Position numbers and translations under genes: made by a program | Assembly (NCBI GenBank): GCA_965213925.1 | Contig: OZ243927.1 | Coordinates: 352,001-416,000 of the forward strand | Direction: 5' to 3' | Source of the DNA: Trueperaceae bacterium | GTDB taxonomy: Bacteria; Deinococcota; Deinococci; Deinococcales; Trueperaceae | Length of the DNA stretch: 64,000 bases | In this document: in pieces, positions 19,722 to 29,505 of the stretch | Position numbering within the stretch: position 1 is the first letter of the stretch | How the letters are laid out: each line of letters starts with the position of its first letter | Notes under the pieces: generated by a model | What the model saw: the letters and a program-made list of their open reading frames with translations, nothing else | The model's database searches: none | Told to the model about the DNA's origin: nothing

Positions 19722-20153
19722 ATGCTCCTCTTGCTCCTCGCCATTTTCATCTGCACGTTGGCAACTACCATGTTGTCTCTGAAAATATCCAGTGGCTGGT
19801 ATCTATTTGTAACTATCCCATCTCTAATTCTTGGCTCAACACCAAACTTTCTAATCGGCGGACTCTTTGTAGTAGAAAATGCTAGGTTTTTCCTTCTCAC
19901 AGCGTGTTTATTTATCGCACTTGGTACTTACACCTATCAGGACAAAAGGTTTGAGGATGCAGAAAGCAACGTTCGCCAAATTTTCCAGGCTCGCCTATCC
20001 GTAGCGGGCGTGTTGATATTTTTCGGTCTTACTGCGCTACCTTTTCTAACCACTGGCATCGAACTTGGTGTGGCTTACGCATTACTCTACCTCTACATGG
20101 GTGTTCTCGGCGGCGTCTTATTCTGGCGGACCTGGAGCTTACGAAAGACATAG
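19722..20153 (+). CDS. Hypothetical membrane protein (AT-rich)
   Basis: Several hydrophobic segments; AT-rich. Confidence 0.55.
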   Translation: MLLLLLAIFICTLATTMLSLKISSGWYLFVTIPSLILGSTPNFLIGGLFVVENARFFLLTACLFIALGTYTYQDKRFEDAESNVRQIFQARLSVAGVLIFFGLTALPFLTTGIELGVAYALLYLYMGVLGGVLFWRTWSLRKT

Positions 20154-20234
20154 TCCGGCAAATAGCGTCTTCATCCTGAACGCACCTCTCCCCACCAGCC
20201 GCCCCACCTCTTTCACAAACGTTATGATGGCTCA

Positions 20235-22526
20235 GTGTCTGATACTGCTCCAAACCCAGAAGCAAGCCTAGTACCGCCAGAAACCCAACCTACAGGCGAA
20301 CATCCCCTCTTAGACGTTCTCAACGAGGAGCAACGCGCCGCCGCCCGCCACTTTCAAGGACCTGCTTTAGTCATCGCGGGCGCAGGCTCGGGTAAGACGC
20401 GCACCGTCGTGCACCGCATCGCCTACTTGATGGAGGCGCATGAGGTCTACCCGACGGAAATCTTGGCGGTAACATTCACCAACAAGGCGGCGGGCGAACT
20501 CAAAGAGCGCGTGGCGCACCTCATGGGACCCGTCGCCAAAGACCTCTGGGTCAGCACCTTTCACTCGGCGTGCTTGCGCATCCTGCGGCACTACGGCGAA
20601 CTGATCGACCTTCAGCCGGGCTTTGCCATCTACGACGACACGGACCAGTTAGAGGTCTTGAAGGAGATTTTGGAGTCGGTGCAGGGGTTGGGGGAGGCGA
20701 ACCCGAGGGTTCTAAGAGCGCTCATCGACCGCGCCAAGTCGAACCTGTGGACGCCGCAGGATTTGGCGCAAGAGGGGGAGCGCTTTTTCGGGGCGATGAT
20801 TTCGGGGATGCCACTAGAGCTGATTGTGGAGGGGTTTGAGCGGTACGGCTCGAGGCTCCGCCGCGCCAACGCCGTGGACTTTAATGACATCTTAGGGCGC
20901 ACGGTGGAGCTGTTCGAGTCTTATCCCGAAGTTTTGGATAAGGTGCAGCAGCGGGCAGTCTTCATCCATGTGGACGAGTATCAGGATACGAACACGGCGC
21001 AGTACCAACTTACGAGACAGTTAGGGTCGAAATATCGCAATTTGATGGCTGTCGGGGACCCCGATCAATCGATTTACGCCTTCCGCGGAGCCGATGTGCG
21101 CAATATTTTGGACTTCCGCAACGACTACGAGGACGCGGAGGTCTACCGCTTAGAACTCAACTACCGCTCCGTGAATAGCGTTTTAGAACTCGCCAACGCC
21201 ATCATCTCGCACAACGAGGGGCGCTTGGAGAAAGACCTCAAGCCTGTTAAAGGCGAGGGTGACAAGGTCAAGCTCTATAGAGCCACCGACCACCGCGCCG
21301 AGGCGGACTTTGTGGCGCGGCAAATCGAGATTTTGCAGGCGGAAAAGGACTTCACGCCGAACGACTTTGCGATTTTGTACCGGATGAATTCACAGTCTAG
21401 GGTTTTGGAGGAAGCGCTACGCCGCGCCAGCATTCCCGCTAAAATCGTCGGCGGCGTGGGCTTTTATGAGCGGCGCGAGGTCAAGGACATTTTGAGTTAT
21501 GCGAGGGCAGCGCTGAATCCTGCCGACGACATCGCCTGGAAGCGCGTCTTAAACCGCCCGAAGCGCGGCATCGGCAAGACGAGCGAGGACAACCTCACGG
21601 CCTGGGCGGCGCGGCGGCGCGAGCGCTTCTCGGACGCGCTTAGAAACGCCGAAGAAATTTTGCGCGGCACGCCTGCGGTGAAGCGCATCGCCGACTTTGT
21701 CGAGCTGATGGACGACCTCAAGGAAGCCGCCGAGACTTTGCCCGCCGCGCAGTTCCTTAAAGCCGTCTTGGACCAATCGAACTACTTGCAATCTCTCAAG
21801 GATGAGAAATCTTTCGAGGCGCAAGGGCGCATCGAGAACTTGGACGAACTTATCAACGCCGTCTCCGAGTGGCAGGAGGAGGCGGGCGGCTCGATTGCTG
21901 AGTTTTTAGACGAAGCCTCTTTAATGGCGAGCGTGGACGACCGCGCGGTCAAGGCGGTCAACAAGGGCGACGTGCCCGAAGAGGCGGTCACGCTCATGAC
22001 GCTGCACAATGCGAAGGGTTTAGAGTTCCCTGTCGTTTTCTTGGTCGGTATGGAAGAGAACCTCATCCCGCACCGCAACTCGACCGGGAGCTTGCAAGAG
22101 ATTGAGGAGGAACGCCGACTTCTGTACGTCGGCATCACCCGCGCGCAAGAGGCGCTTTATTTAGTCAACTGCGAGTCGCGCATGACCTTTGGGCGCACCG
22201 AGTTCAGCCGCCCGAGTCGATTTTTGGAGGACGTGCCTAAGAGTATGCTCCGTGAGATCGACGTGTTGGGGCAAGAATTGCATGACCCCTCGAGGTTAAA
22301 CAAATACAGCCGACCCACCTGGAGCCCGCCTAAAGTTGAGAAGGAGCCGAAGGGCGAAGGGATGAGCTACCGAGGCGGCGAAAAGGTCGCGCATCCCAAG
22401 TTCGGGGAGGGAACGGTCGTGGGCGTTTCGGGTGAGGGTGCACGGGCTGAAATTACGGTATCGTTCAAGAATGCCGGTCTCAAGCGTCTTCTGGTGAAGT
22501 ACGCGAACCTGAGCACGTCGTCTTAA
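20235..22526 (+). CDS. uvrD: ATP-dependent DNA helicase PcrA/UvrD
   Basis: AGAGSGKT, DEYQDTN, VGDPDQSIY, NYRS, TLHNAKGLEF, EEERRLLYVGITRA, C-terminal HPKFGEG Tudor domain. Confidence 0.96.
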   Translation: MSDTAPNPEASLVPPETQPTGEHPLLDVLNEEQRAAARHFQGPALVIAGAGSGKTRTVVHRIAYLMEAHEVYPTEILAVTFTNKAAGELKERVAHLMGPVAKDLWVSTFHSACLRILRHYGELIDLQPGFAIYDDTDQLEVLKEILESVQGLGEANPRVLRALIDRAKSNLWTPQDLAQEGERFFGAMISGMPLELIVEGFERYGSRLRRANAVDFNDILGRTVELFESYPEVLDKVQQRAVFIHVDEYQDTNTAQYQLTRQLGSKYRNLMAVGDPDQSIYAFRGADVRNILDFRNDYEDAEVYRLELNYRSVNSVLELANAIISHNEGRLEKDLKPVKGEGDKVKLYRATDHRAEADFVARQIEILQAEKDFTPNDFAILYRMNSQSRVLEEALRRASIPAKIVGGVGFYERREVKDILSYARAALNPADDIAWKRVLNRPKRGIGKTSEDNLTAWAARRRERFSDALRNAEEILRGTPAVKRIADFVELMDDLKEAAETLPAAQFLKAVLDQSNYLQSLKDEKSFEAQGRIENLDELINAVSEWQEEAGGSIAEFLDEASLMASVDDRAVKAVNKGDVPEEAVTLMTLHNAKGLEFPVVFLVGMEENLIPHRNSTGSLQEIEEERRLLYVGITRAQEALYLVNCESRMTFGRTEFSRPSRFLEDVPKSMLREIDVLGQELHDPSRLNKYSRPTWSPPKVEKEPKGEGMSYRGGEKVAHPKFGEGTVVGVSGEGARAEITVSFKNAGLKRLLVKYANLSTSS

Positions 22527-22680
22527 CATTGACCCCTTGAAGTTGACCCGGAGATACTTGATATACTCCCTTATTGCAACCTAACGTCAACATCTTGACC
22601 GCGCCGCCAACTATGCCGTAGGGCGCGTGAGGCAGGGAAACGCCGGACAAGTAGCACAGAAACAGGTAGGAGGAACATTT

Positions 22681-23496
22681 GTGAACGCCAAAGCAATCGT
22701 CGTAACTTCGGGTAAGGGCGGGGTCGGCAAGACCACCACCACTGCCAACGTGGGGGCTGCGCTCGCGCAGCAAGGGGAAAGGGTCGTCGTCATCGACACC
22801 GACGTAGGGCTTCGCAACTTGGACGTGGTGATGGGCTTAGAGGGGCGCGTCGTCTTCGACCTCATCGACGTGTTCGAAGGGAACTGCAAACTTAAGCAGG
22901 CGCTGATTCGTGATAAGCGCGTCGACAACCTCTACCTCTTGGCGGCGTCGCAAACGCGCGACAAGAGCGCCCTGTCCGAAGAGCATATGAAGAACACGGT
23001 GGACAAGCTCATCGAAGAGGAGGGCTTCGACCGCATCCTCATCGACTCGCCGGCGGGCATCGAGTCGGGCTTTCAGACCGCCGCTTCCGCCGCGCAAGGG
23101 GCGCTCGTCGTGGTCAACCCAGAGGTCTCCTCGGTGCGCGACGCGGACCGCATCATCGGGCTTTTAGAGGCGAAAGAGATCACCGAAGTCAAGTGCATCA
23201 TCAACCGCTTGCGCCCCGACATGGTCAAGCGCGGCGACATGTTGGAAGTGGACGACGTCTTGGAGATTTTAGGCATTAAGCTCATCGGCATCGTCCCCGA
23301 GGACGAGAAGATCATCATTTCGACCAACATCGGCAGCCCGATCAGCCTCAGCGAAGTGAGCAAAAATGGTGCGGGCGACGCTTTTAGGAGCATCGCTAAA
23401 AGGCTGCGCGGCGAAGAGGTGCCGCACGCGGCGCTCGAGAGTAGCGGCGGCTTTATGGCGTATATTCGCCGCCTGTTTGGGGCTAGCAATGTTTAA
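22681..23496 (+). CDS. minD: Septum site-determining protein MinD
   Basis: SGKGGVGKTT, DVGLRNLD, DSPAGIE, PEVSSVRDADRIIG; GGAGG RBS before GTG 22681. Confidence 0.97.
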   Translation: MNAKAIVVTSGKGGVGKTTTTANVGAALAQQGERVVVIDTDVGLRNLDVVMGLEGRVVFDLIDVFEGNCKLKQALIRDKRVDNLYLLAASQTRDKSALSEEHMKNTVDKLIEEEGFDRILIDSPAGIESGFQTAASAAQGALVVVNPEVSSVRDADRIIGLLEAKEITEVKCIINRLRPDMVKRGDMLEVDDVLEILGIKLIGIVPEDEKIIISTNIGSPISLSEVSKNGAGDAFRSIAKRLRGEEVPHAALESSGGFMAYIRRLFGASNV

Positions 23497-23746
23497 CGGG
23501 CTGTTCGGCAGAAAAAAGAGCAAGGAGACCGTCAAAGACCGCCTCAAGCTCGTGTTGCAGTACGACCGCGCCAAACTCTCACCGGGCAAGATGGACGAGC
23601 TGAAAGCGGAGTTGGTGCAGGTCATCAGCAAGTACTTCCCGGCGGACGAGAGCGGCTACGACGTGAACATCGACCAGCAAGGGGACCGCATGGTGTTGGT
23701 CGCCAACTTGCCCGCGAAGGGCGGGCAGGAGAGACAAGCTCGGTAG
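23489..23746 (+). CDS. minE: Cell division topological specificity factor MinE
   Basis: KS...KDRLKLVL..DR...LK.EL..VISKY; overlaps minD stop. Confidence 0.95.
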   Translation: MFNGLFGRKKSKETVKDRLKLVLQYDRAKLSPGKMDELKAELVQVISKYFPADESGYDVNIDQQGDRMVLVANLPAKGGQERQAR

Positions 23747-23912
23747 GCGTTTTTGATTGACGGAGCGTCGCCCTAGCCCCGCCGAGCTTCCCGAACGTCG
23801 CCACCCCTTGCCGAATCCCTTGAAACTCACGCTTTATAGTGTGAGGTCTTCCACCCGCGTGATGTGACCTCTGGTCTATCTTTGTAGGGGACAACCTGAG
23901 AAGAGGTCACTT

Positions 23913-24590
23913 ATGCCCTACACCCTACTCGTCGCTGACCGCGACCCCCGACAGTTTGAGCTTTTCGACCTGATTTTCCACGGGGACGGTTACGTTTTAG
24001 AAACCTTTACAGGCGGCGAGGAGGTGCTCGCCTACTTGCGCGAGCACACGCCCGACGTGGCGATTTTAGAGACCGACTTGCCCTCGGTCGACGGTTTCGA
24101 CCTCTGCCGCAAGATGAAGAGCGTCAAGCGGCTTAGGGAGGTGCCGATCGTCCTTATTACCTCGAGCCACCCGACGCTGAGCGGCGAAGCGAAAGGTCTG
24201 GCGAAGGTGGTCAAAGCGGACCTCATCATCCCTAAGCCTTTGGGCGACAAGAACTTGCGCGAGCGCGTTAAGACCCTCTTGGCAGGGCGCACGCCGCACA
24301 AAGCGGAGGGCGAGCCGGAAGAGCATATATCTCGAAACGAACCTCACGTGGGCGAAGTTACCAAAGAACTTCAAGTCTTGGAAGACGAACGTCAGCGCCT
24401 ACACGCTGCGCTACTACCCACAGACCGGAACCAAGAGCCTAGAGAGATGAAGAAGCTCCGGGCACTCGTTGAACTGCAAGAGGAACAGATCGCGGTATTA
24501 GAGGCGCATCGGCGAGAACTAGAGGCGCGTCTAGTGCGCTGTAAAGAGCAGCACAAAGAACCTTCACGCTTGCGCCGCTGGCTCACCTAG
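23913..24590 (+). CDS. Response regulator-like receiver domain plus coiled coil (atypical)
   Basis: REC fold (LP..DGFDLC, KP); phospho-acceptor position appears to be Glu (ILETDLP). Confidence 0.82.
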   Translation: MPYTLLVADRDPRQFELFDLIFHGDGYVLETFTGGEEVLAYLREHTPDVAILETDLPSVDGFDLCRKMKSVKRLREVPIVLITSSHPTLSGEAKGLAKVVKADLIIPKPLGDKNLRERVKTLLAGRTPHKAEGEPEEHISRNEPHVGEVTKELQVLEDERQRLHAALLPTDRNQEPREMKKLRALVELQEEQIAVLEAHRRELEARLVRCKEQHKEPSRLRRWLT

Positions 24591-24690
24591 TGTGGGTGTA
24601 GGTGATGCCAATAAGACCCTCGGACTACGGACCAAATACACAGCTTTGTCTGCTCCCACAGGAAACTCTTGCCATTCAGCCGATAGATAT

Positions 24691-25110
24691 TTAAGTCCAT
24701 AGCTGGTTAGTAAGGCGCGAAGTGTCTGGTACGCTGCTTCACATAGCAGGTATCATCTGGTTTGAGTGCACGAAGTACGCCGTTAGGCACGCTCACACTG
24801 TAAATAGTACCGTCCAACACGCACATTTTAAGATGATGCCTGCGCTTTTCTGTTTCAGTATGTCGTGGAACTGCTGACATATCTCAGAACTCGAAGACTC
24901 TATTTTTTGAGGCAGTCGCCGAGTGCACCCTTCGGCGCAAGGTCAGCATCCTCTCTATAGTACAGCCAAGCGACGACTTTTGCTTCTTCCTTGGTTATGT
25001 ACAGAGTGAGCCCAGAAGGTTCTCCATACACATCAACTTTTCTAGCGTAAAGGTCTTCCGCATCTCTTTCATGCAAGCGAATAGCGGTAAAAACCAGTTG
25101 TTCGCAAAGG
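24691..25110 (-). pseudogene. Degraded AT-rich ORF interrupted by a MITE and a frameshift (boundaries approximate)
   Basis: Frame ...HERDAEDLYARK...GDCLKK* then KIESSSSEIC[element]EAAYQTLSRLTNQLWT*; the second frame is restored by removing element 24744-24876 and one ACA copy. Confidence 0.45.
24744..24876. mobile_element. MITE-like element (TAGCAG family)
   Basis: TAGCAGGTATCATCTGGTTTGAG...GGAACTGCTG; 3-bp duplication ACA; first 23 bp identical to 45118 copy and inverse of 52653 end. Confidence 0.8.
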
Positions 25111-25117
25111 TCAGCAC

Positions 25118-25219
25118 CTAAATTAGAAGGTAGAGAACGTCCTCAACCTCTTCATCAACATCATGTTTGTAGATATGGGGTAGATCAGTTTCTGAGTCGA
25201 TGTAAAAACGGATATTCAT
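25118..25219 (-). pseudogene. Truncated BrnT/DUF4258-like toxin fragment
   Basis: MNIRFYIDSETDLPHIYKHDVDEEVEDVL then stop after 33 aa; resembles the 'HI..H.V..EEVE.V' N-terminus of BrnT-like toxins. Confidence 0.5.
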
Positions 25220-25234
25220 GACGGTCAATAACGA

Positions 25235-26386
25235 TTATACCGCGCTTTCTGGCTCCAAATACCGCTTCGGGTCAAAGAGGTCAATAGGCAGCGGCGTCTC
25301 GCCTCGCAGCGCCAAGTCGCTCATGATTTCCCCCACCACGCTACAAAACTTGTACCCGTGCCCCGAAAAGCCCGCCGCAAAGCTCACGTTGGCGTGCTCG
25401 GGGTGCGTGCCGATGATGAAGTGCTCGTCGGGGCTGTTGGTGAACATGCAGGTCTTCATCATCATCGTCGCGCCGTTCGCTTCGGGGAAGTAGTTCGCTA
25501 CGCAGTCGCGCAAGACCTCTTCATCTGCGGCGTAAACGTTGCGGTCCACCTCGTCGGGGTTCACCTGCTCGTCTAAGTGATGGTAGCGCCCAATTTTGAA
25601 GCCGGGCACGCCGTAGACCGGAAAGCCGTAGTAGCGCCCTTCGTCCACCAAGAGGTTAAAAACGGGGAAGCGCCCCGGTGAGAAGAGGTCGGGCTGATGT
25701 GGCTGAAACCAGCCCAACGCTTGCCGCTCCGCTTGCGCCCGCTTGCCCAATCCCGGAACGAGGTGCGACGCCCACGCGCCCGCCGTGATGACAAGCGAGC
25801 CCGCCTCGTATGTGCCGCGCTCGGTGCGCACGGTGACGTGACCGCTCTTGGCGTCCCAACCTAAGACTTGCTCCCTTGCCCGCACCTCCGCACCTTTTGA
25901 TAACGCCGCCTCGACATGGTTGACGATGCAGCGCTCTGAGAGGAGAAAGCCACCTTCCTCTTGATATAAAGCGTAGTGACCTTTTGGAAGCTGATAGCCG
26001 GGAAAACGGTTGTGGAGTTCGCTGTGGTCTAAGACTTCGTGGGGGATGCCATGCTCGAGACACGACTCGTAAGACCCCTTGAAAACCTCATTATCCTCCG
26101 GTCCCGCGTCCACCGAGCCCGTGATGTGTAAAATCTGCTCGCCCGTGTCCGCTTCCAACTCGCGCCAGCGTTCATACGCCCGTTTCATCAGCGGCACGTA
26201 CGAAGGGTCCTCGTAGTACGCCAAGCGGATGATGCGGTTGACGCCGTGCGAGGAGCCTATGTCGTGGGGGATGTCGAAGCGCTCGAGCCCCAACACCCTC
26301 TTCCCACGCTTGGCGAGTTCGTAGACGGTGGCGCTACCCATGCCGCCGATACCGATAACGATGACATCGTAAGGTTGCTGTGACAT
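25235..26386 (-). CDS. solA: Monomeric sarcosine oxidase / N-methyl-L-tryptophan oxidase family
   Basis: GIGGMGS, GSSHG..RIIR.AY, C-terminal CMFTNSPDEHF, GFSGHGYKF. Confidence 0.9.
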   Translation of the reverse strand: MSQQPYDVIVIGIGGMGSATVYELAKRGKRVLGLERFDIPHDIGSSHGVNRIIRLAYYEDPSYVPLMKRAYERWRELEADTGEQILHITGSVDAGPEDNEVFKGSYESCLEHGIPHEVLDHSELHNRFPGYQLPKGHYALYQEEGGFLLSERCIVNHVEAALSKGAEVRAREQVLGWDAKSGHVTVRTERGTYEAGSLVITAGAWASHLVPGLGKRAQAERQALGWFQPHQPDLFSPGRFPVFNLLVDEGRYYGFPVYGVPGFKIGRYHHLDEQVNPDEVDRNVYAADEEVLRDCVANYFPEANGATMMMKTCMFTNSPDEHFIIGTHPEHANVSFAAGFSGHGYKFCSVVGEIMSDLALRGETPLPIDLFDPKRYLEPESAV

Positions 26387-26439
26387 TACAAATCCCCTCT
26401 CTAAGTCAGTCTTTATTCTACTGAGGAATACATAATAGA

Positions 26440-26490
26440 GAAGGGAGAATACAGAAGTTCGAGTTTTTCTCCGTTCTGTATTCTCCCTTC
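26440..26490. repeat. Long intergenic hairpin
   Basis: GAAGGGAGAATACAGAA / TTCTGTATTCTCCCTTC perfect 17-bp inverted repeat. Confidence 0.7.
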
Positions 26491-26502
26491 GACTCTCTTA
26501 AC

Positions 26503-27732
26503 TTACAGCGGCAGTCCGCTTCTACCTAACGCCCGCTCCATCTCGTACTCATCCTTGGGCCAATAAAGCTGCTTGAGGAGCGCAAACTCGTCGAACGCCG
26601 TCCACTCCTTGATGAACTTACCGTCTTTAATCACCTGATGCGTAATGCCCATGAGCGTGACGCGCTGACCCGTCGGCTCGCCGTACATGCCGGGTCCGTC
26701 GTGTGTGCCTTGCAGCGTCCAGCGGGTGGCGACGCGGTAGCCCTCCTCGTCGTTGCCGAGCCAGCAGACGTGGTCGACGCGCATGGCGGCGTCGGGGAAG
26801 GCGGCTAGGAGCGCCAAGATATTCGCCTTGAAGTCGCCTAAGCCGTAGAGCGTGCGGTTGGTGGAGGTGTGGCAGAGATAGTTTCTCGAGTAGTATAGCC
26901 CCACCCGACCCAAAAGCCGCCAGTTCCAAATCTCGTGGATGCTGCGCTCGACAAAGTCCTCGACGTCGAAGCCGTCGCCCTGCTTGGGCTCCATCCATTC
27001 GGGCGGACTTTGTCCCCACAGCCGTTCGACTTCGCCGTGCGCACGCGACTCCGGTCCTTTGATGCCTCTCGCGGCGTCTTGCGCGGCGTTCTTGCGGGCA
27101 AGCTCGAATTCGTTGAAGCCGAGCTGCCGTACGAGTGCGAGTTCGTCGCGTGAAATCCACTCTTCGATGATGCGGTTCTCTTTGACGAAGCAGTGCGCGA
27201 TGCCGCGCCGCACGACCTTGCGTCCGGTGGGCGGACCGTAGATGCTGTAGCCCGTGTTGTGCCCGACCCAGACGATGCGGTGCGAGGAGTGAAAGCCTTC
27301 CTCGTCGTTGCCTGACCAGATGACGTCGTCGGCGTAGAGGCGCACGTCGGGAAATGCCGCCATCGTCTTTATAGAGTCGGCGATGACCTTGTCGCGTCCG
27401 TAGGTCATGCCGTCTGAGGTGTGAATCAGGACGTTGTGGCGGTAGTGCGTGTAGATGAGCCCAATGCCCTTCTCTTCCCATATCTTATGGGTGCTACGAA
27501 CAATATAATCCACGATGTCAGTATAGTCTTCGTCAAAGCCTCTAAGAGGGTGCGCCTTACCCTTTTGTGAGCCCGCCATGAATTTGCTGATGTCCGCGCT
27601 GCTTATATCGGTTACGGGCTGGACGGACCGCGCGTCGAAAGAAGAGTGCCCATGTTGATGATGCCCATGCTGATGATGCTTATGTTGGTGATGGGGGTCA
27701 GGTTGTTTCTGGGTGTCTTCGTCGGCTTTCAT
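26503..27732 (-). CDS. Tandem SnoaL/NTF2-like 'ester cyclase' protein with His-rich N-terminus
   Basis: Two repeats of AFPD...GH..G.YG.PTG..V...G..H...I.EEW; N-terminal HHQHKHHQHGHHQHGH. Confidence 0.85.
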   Translation of the reverse strand: MKADEDTQKQPDPHHQHKHHQHGHHQHGHSSFDARSVQPVTDISSADISKFMAGSQKGKAHPLRGFDEDYTDIVDYIVRSTHKIWEEKGIGLIYTHYRHNVLIHTSDGMTYGRDKVIADSIKTMAAFPDVRLYADDVIWSGNDEEGFHSSHRIVWVGHNTGYSIYGPPTGRKVVRRGIAHCFVKENRIIEEWISRDELALVRQLGFNEFELARKNAAQDAARGIKGPESRAHGEVERLWGQSPPEWMEPKQGDGFDVEDFVERSIHEIWNWRLLGRVGLYYSRNYLCHTSTNRTLYGLGDFKANILALLAAFPDAAMRVDHVCWLGNDEEGYRVATRWTLQGTHDGPGMYGEPTGQRVTLMGITHQVIKDGKFIKEWTAFDEFALLKQLYWPKDEYEMERALGRSGLPL

Positions 27733-28216
27733 GAAATACCACTCCTTGAATATTTATACTTCGGTATTAATCTAGTAGCTTACACTCGGTTTTCTACGTA
27801 CATTTGTCAGATGCTACGTTGATATTTATTTTTTGTGGAATGTACCGCAAAAGCGAAAGTTGGATTTTCGCCGGTTGTGCGTGATGACTTAGGGAAGAAG
27901 TTGCGCAAATAAACTCCACATCGGTTTGTGTCCTTACTGCATTTTAGACTCACACTGTGAGATGAGCGGAAACTCGAGCCCTCGCATCCCTTACAAACCT
28001 AGTTCATCTTACGTCACATTTGCAGCGTTGTCTATGAGAATAGTGCTTTAGGTTACTGCAAAGGTAAGTGTAATGATTCACTTGAACCATATGCACTCGT
28101 TTTTTGGGGTTGTAATACTCAGCTCCGGCGTGACTGAGGGGCAGGCTCGAGTCCTCTCCCCTACACCCTTCTGCATTTATTCAAGAAATCAACCTCTCGG
28201 CGGTCTCCACAACGCG

Positions 28217-29410
28217 CTACGCAGCCGTTTCGCTCGGCGCTTCGTCCCGGAAGAGCTGCTGCATCACCTCGAACTCGTTAAAGAGCATCCACTCCTGCGT
28301 AATCACGCCCTCTTGAATCACGTGCTGCGTGACGCCCCAAAGGTGCACGCGCCGCCCCGTCGGTTTGCCGTAGACGCCGTAGCCCCTGTGCGTGCCGACA
28401 ACGCTCCATCTTAAAGAGGTCAGGTAGCCCTCGTCGTCGTTGCCCATCCAATAGAGGTCGTCAATTTTGAAGGAGAGGTCGGGGAACATGGCGAGGAGCG
28501 AGAGAACAAAGTTTTGGTACGCGCCGCGCCCGTAAAGCTTGCGGTCCGTCGGCCCGAAAAAGCGCATGGTAGGAGAATAAACCTCTTTGATGAAGTCGAG
28601 TTTGCGCCAGTTCCAGACCGTGTGGTAGGCGTAGCGGAGAAAGCTGTCCACGTCGAAGGTGCCAGAAGGGGTCTCGAGCTTAGGCGGTTTTCCCTGTCCT
28701 AACAGCCGTTCCGGTTCGCCAAACGCCAAATCGTTCAGACCATTGCGCACATCCTCTTGCATCTCGTTGCCAAAGCGCCGCGCCTGCTCGCGCAAGTCTA
28801 GCCCGAGTTGAGTCACGAGGCTCGAGTTGTTGTAGATCACCCACTCCTCGACGATTTCGTTCTCTTTCACGGCACAGTCCGCGATGCACCAGACCGCCAC
28901 CTTGCGTCCCGTCGGCGGACCGTAAACGCTGTAGCCCGTGTTGTGACCCATGATGAGGCAGCGGTGCGAGGTGCGAAAGCCCGTCTCGTCGTCGCCTGCC
29001 CACACGATTTCATCGGCGAAGAGGCGCACGTCGGGGAAGGCGCCCAAGGTGTGGAGCGTGTCCGCCACGATTTTGTCGCGCCCATACTGCAAGCCGTAGT
29101 CGTCCGTGACTTTCGAGTTGTGAGCGTAGGTATCGTAGATGTAGCCGACGCTCTTCTCCTCCCAGATTTTATGCGTGATGCGGACGATGTAGTCCACGAT
29201 GTCGATATACGTATCCTCGAAGCCGCGCATACTCTGTTGGCGCTCGCCTTTGGGGTAGAGGAGGTTGTCGGTGCCGCCCTTTGCCGCAAGTGAGATGGAG
29301 AAGTCGCTGGGCATCTTGGAGGGCGAGAGGGTCTTTTCGTCCTTCGATACTAAAGTCGAAGAACGGTTCTTCGACTTTTTCTGCGTGTTCTGGTCGCCTT
29401 GGTCACTCAT
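28217..29410 (-). CDS. Tandem SnoaL/NTF2-like 'ester cyclase' protein, paralogue of 26503-27732
   Basis: Shares DIVDYIVR.THKIWEEK, AFPDVRL.AD, GHNTGYS.YGPPTGRKV; start chosen at ATG 29410 (GAGAGG RBS). Confidence 0.85.
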   Translation of the reverse strand: MSDQGDQNTQKKSKNRSSTLVSKDEKTLSPSKMPSDFSISLAAKGGTDNLLYPKGERQQSMRGFEDTYIDIVDYIVRITHKIWEEKSVGYIYDTYAHNSKVTDDYGLQYGRDKIVADTLHTLGAFPDVRLFADEIVWAGDDETGFRTSHRCLIMGHNTGYSVYGPPTGRKVAVWCIADCAVKENEIVEEWVIYNNSSLVTQLGLDLREQARRFGNEMQEDVRNGLNDLAFGEPERLLGQGKPPKLETPSGTFDVDSFLRYAYHTVWNWRKLDFIKEVYSPTMRFFGPTDRKLYGRGAYQNFVLSLLAMFPDLSFKIDDLYWMGNDDEGYLTSLRWSVVGTHRGYGVYGKPTGRRVHLWGVTQHVIQEGVITQEWMLFNEFEVMQQLFRDEAPSETAA

Positions 29411-29481
29411 GAGGGTCCTCTCTCGGCTCGAGGGCTGGATGTTGACCGCGTTCAAACATCGGTGGTGGAGGCTCCACCACT

Positions 29482-29505
29482 GAACAAGGGGTTGCAACCC
29501 CTTGC
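29482..29505. repeat. REP-like palindrome
   Basis: CAAGGGGTTGCAACCCCTTG; related imperfect copy at ~58436 (CAGGGATTGAAACCCCTTGTTCA). Confidence 0.55.

Noticed and set aside
22527..23746. minDE without minC as a novelty
   Set aside because: minC is commonly encoded elsewhere; cannot be judged from the window
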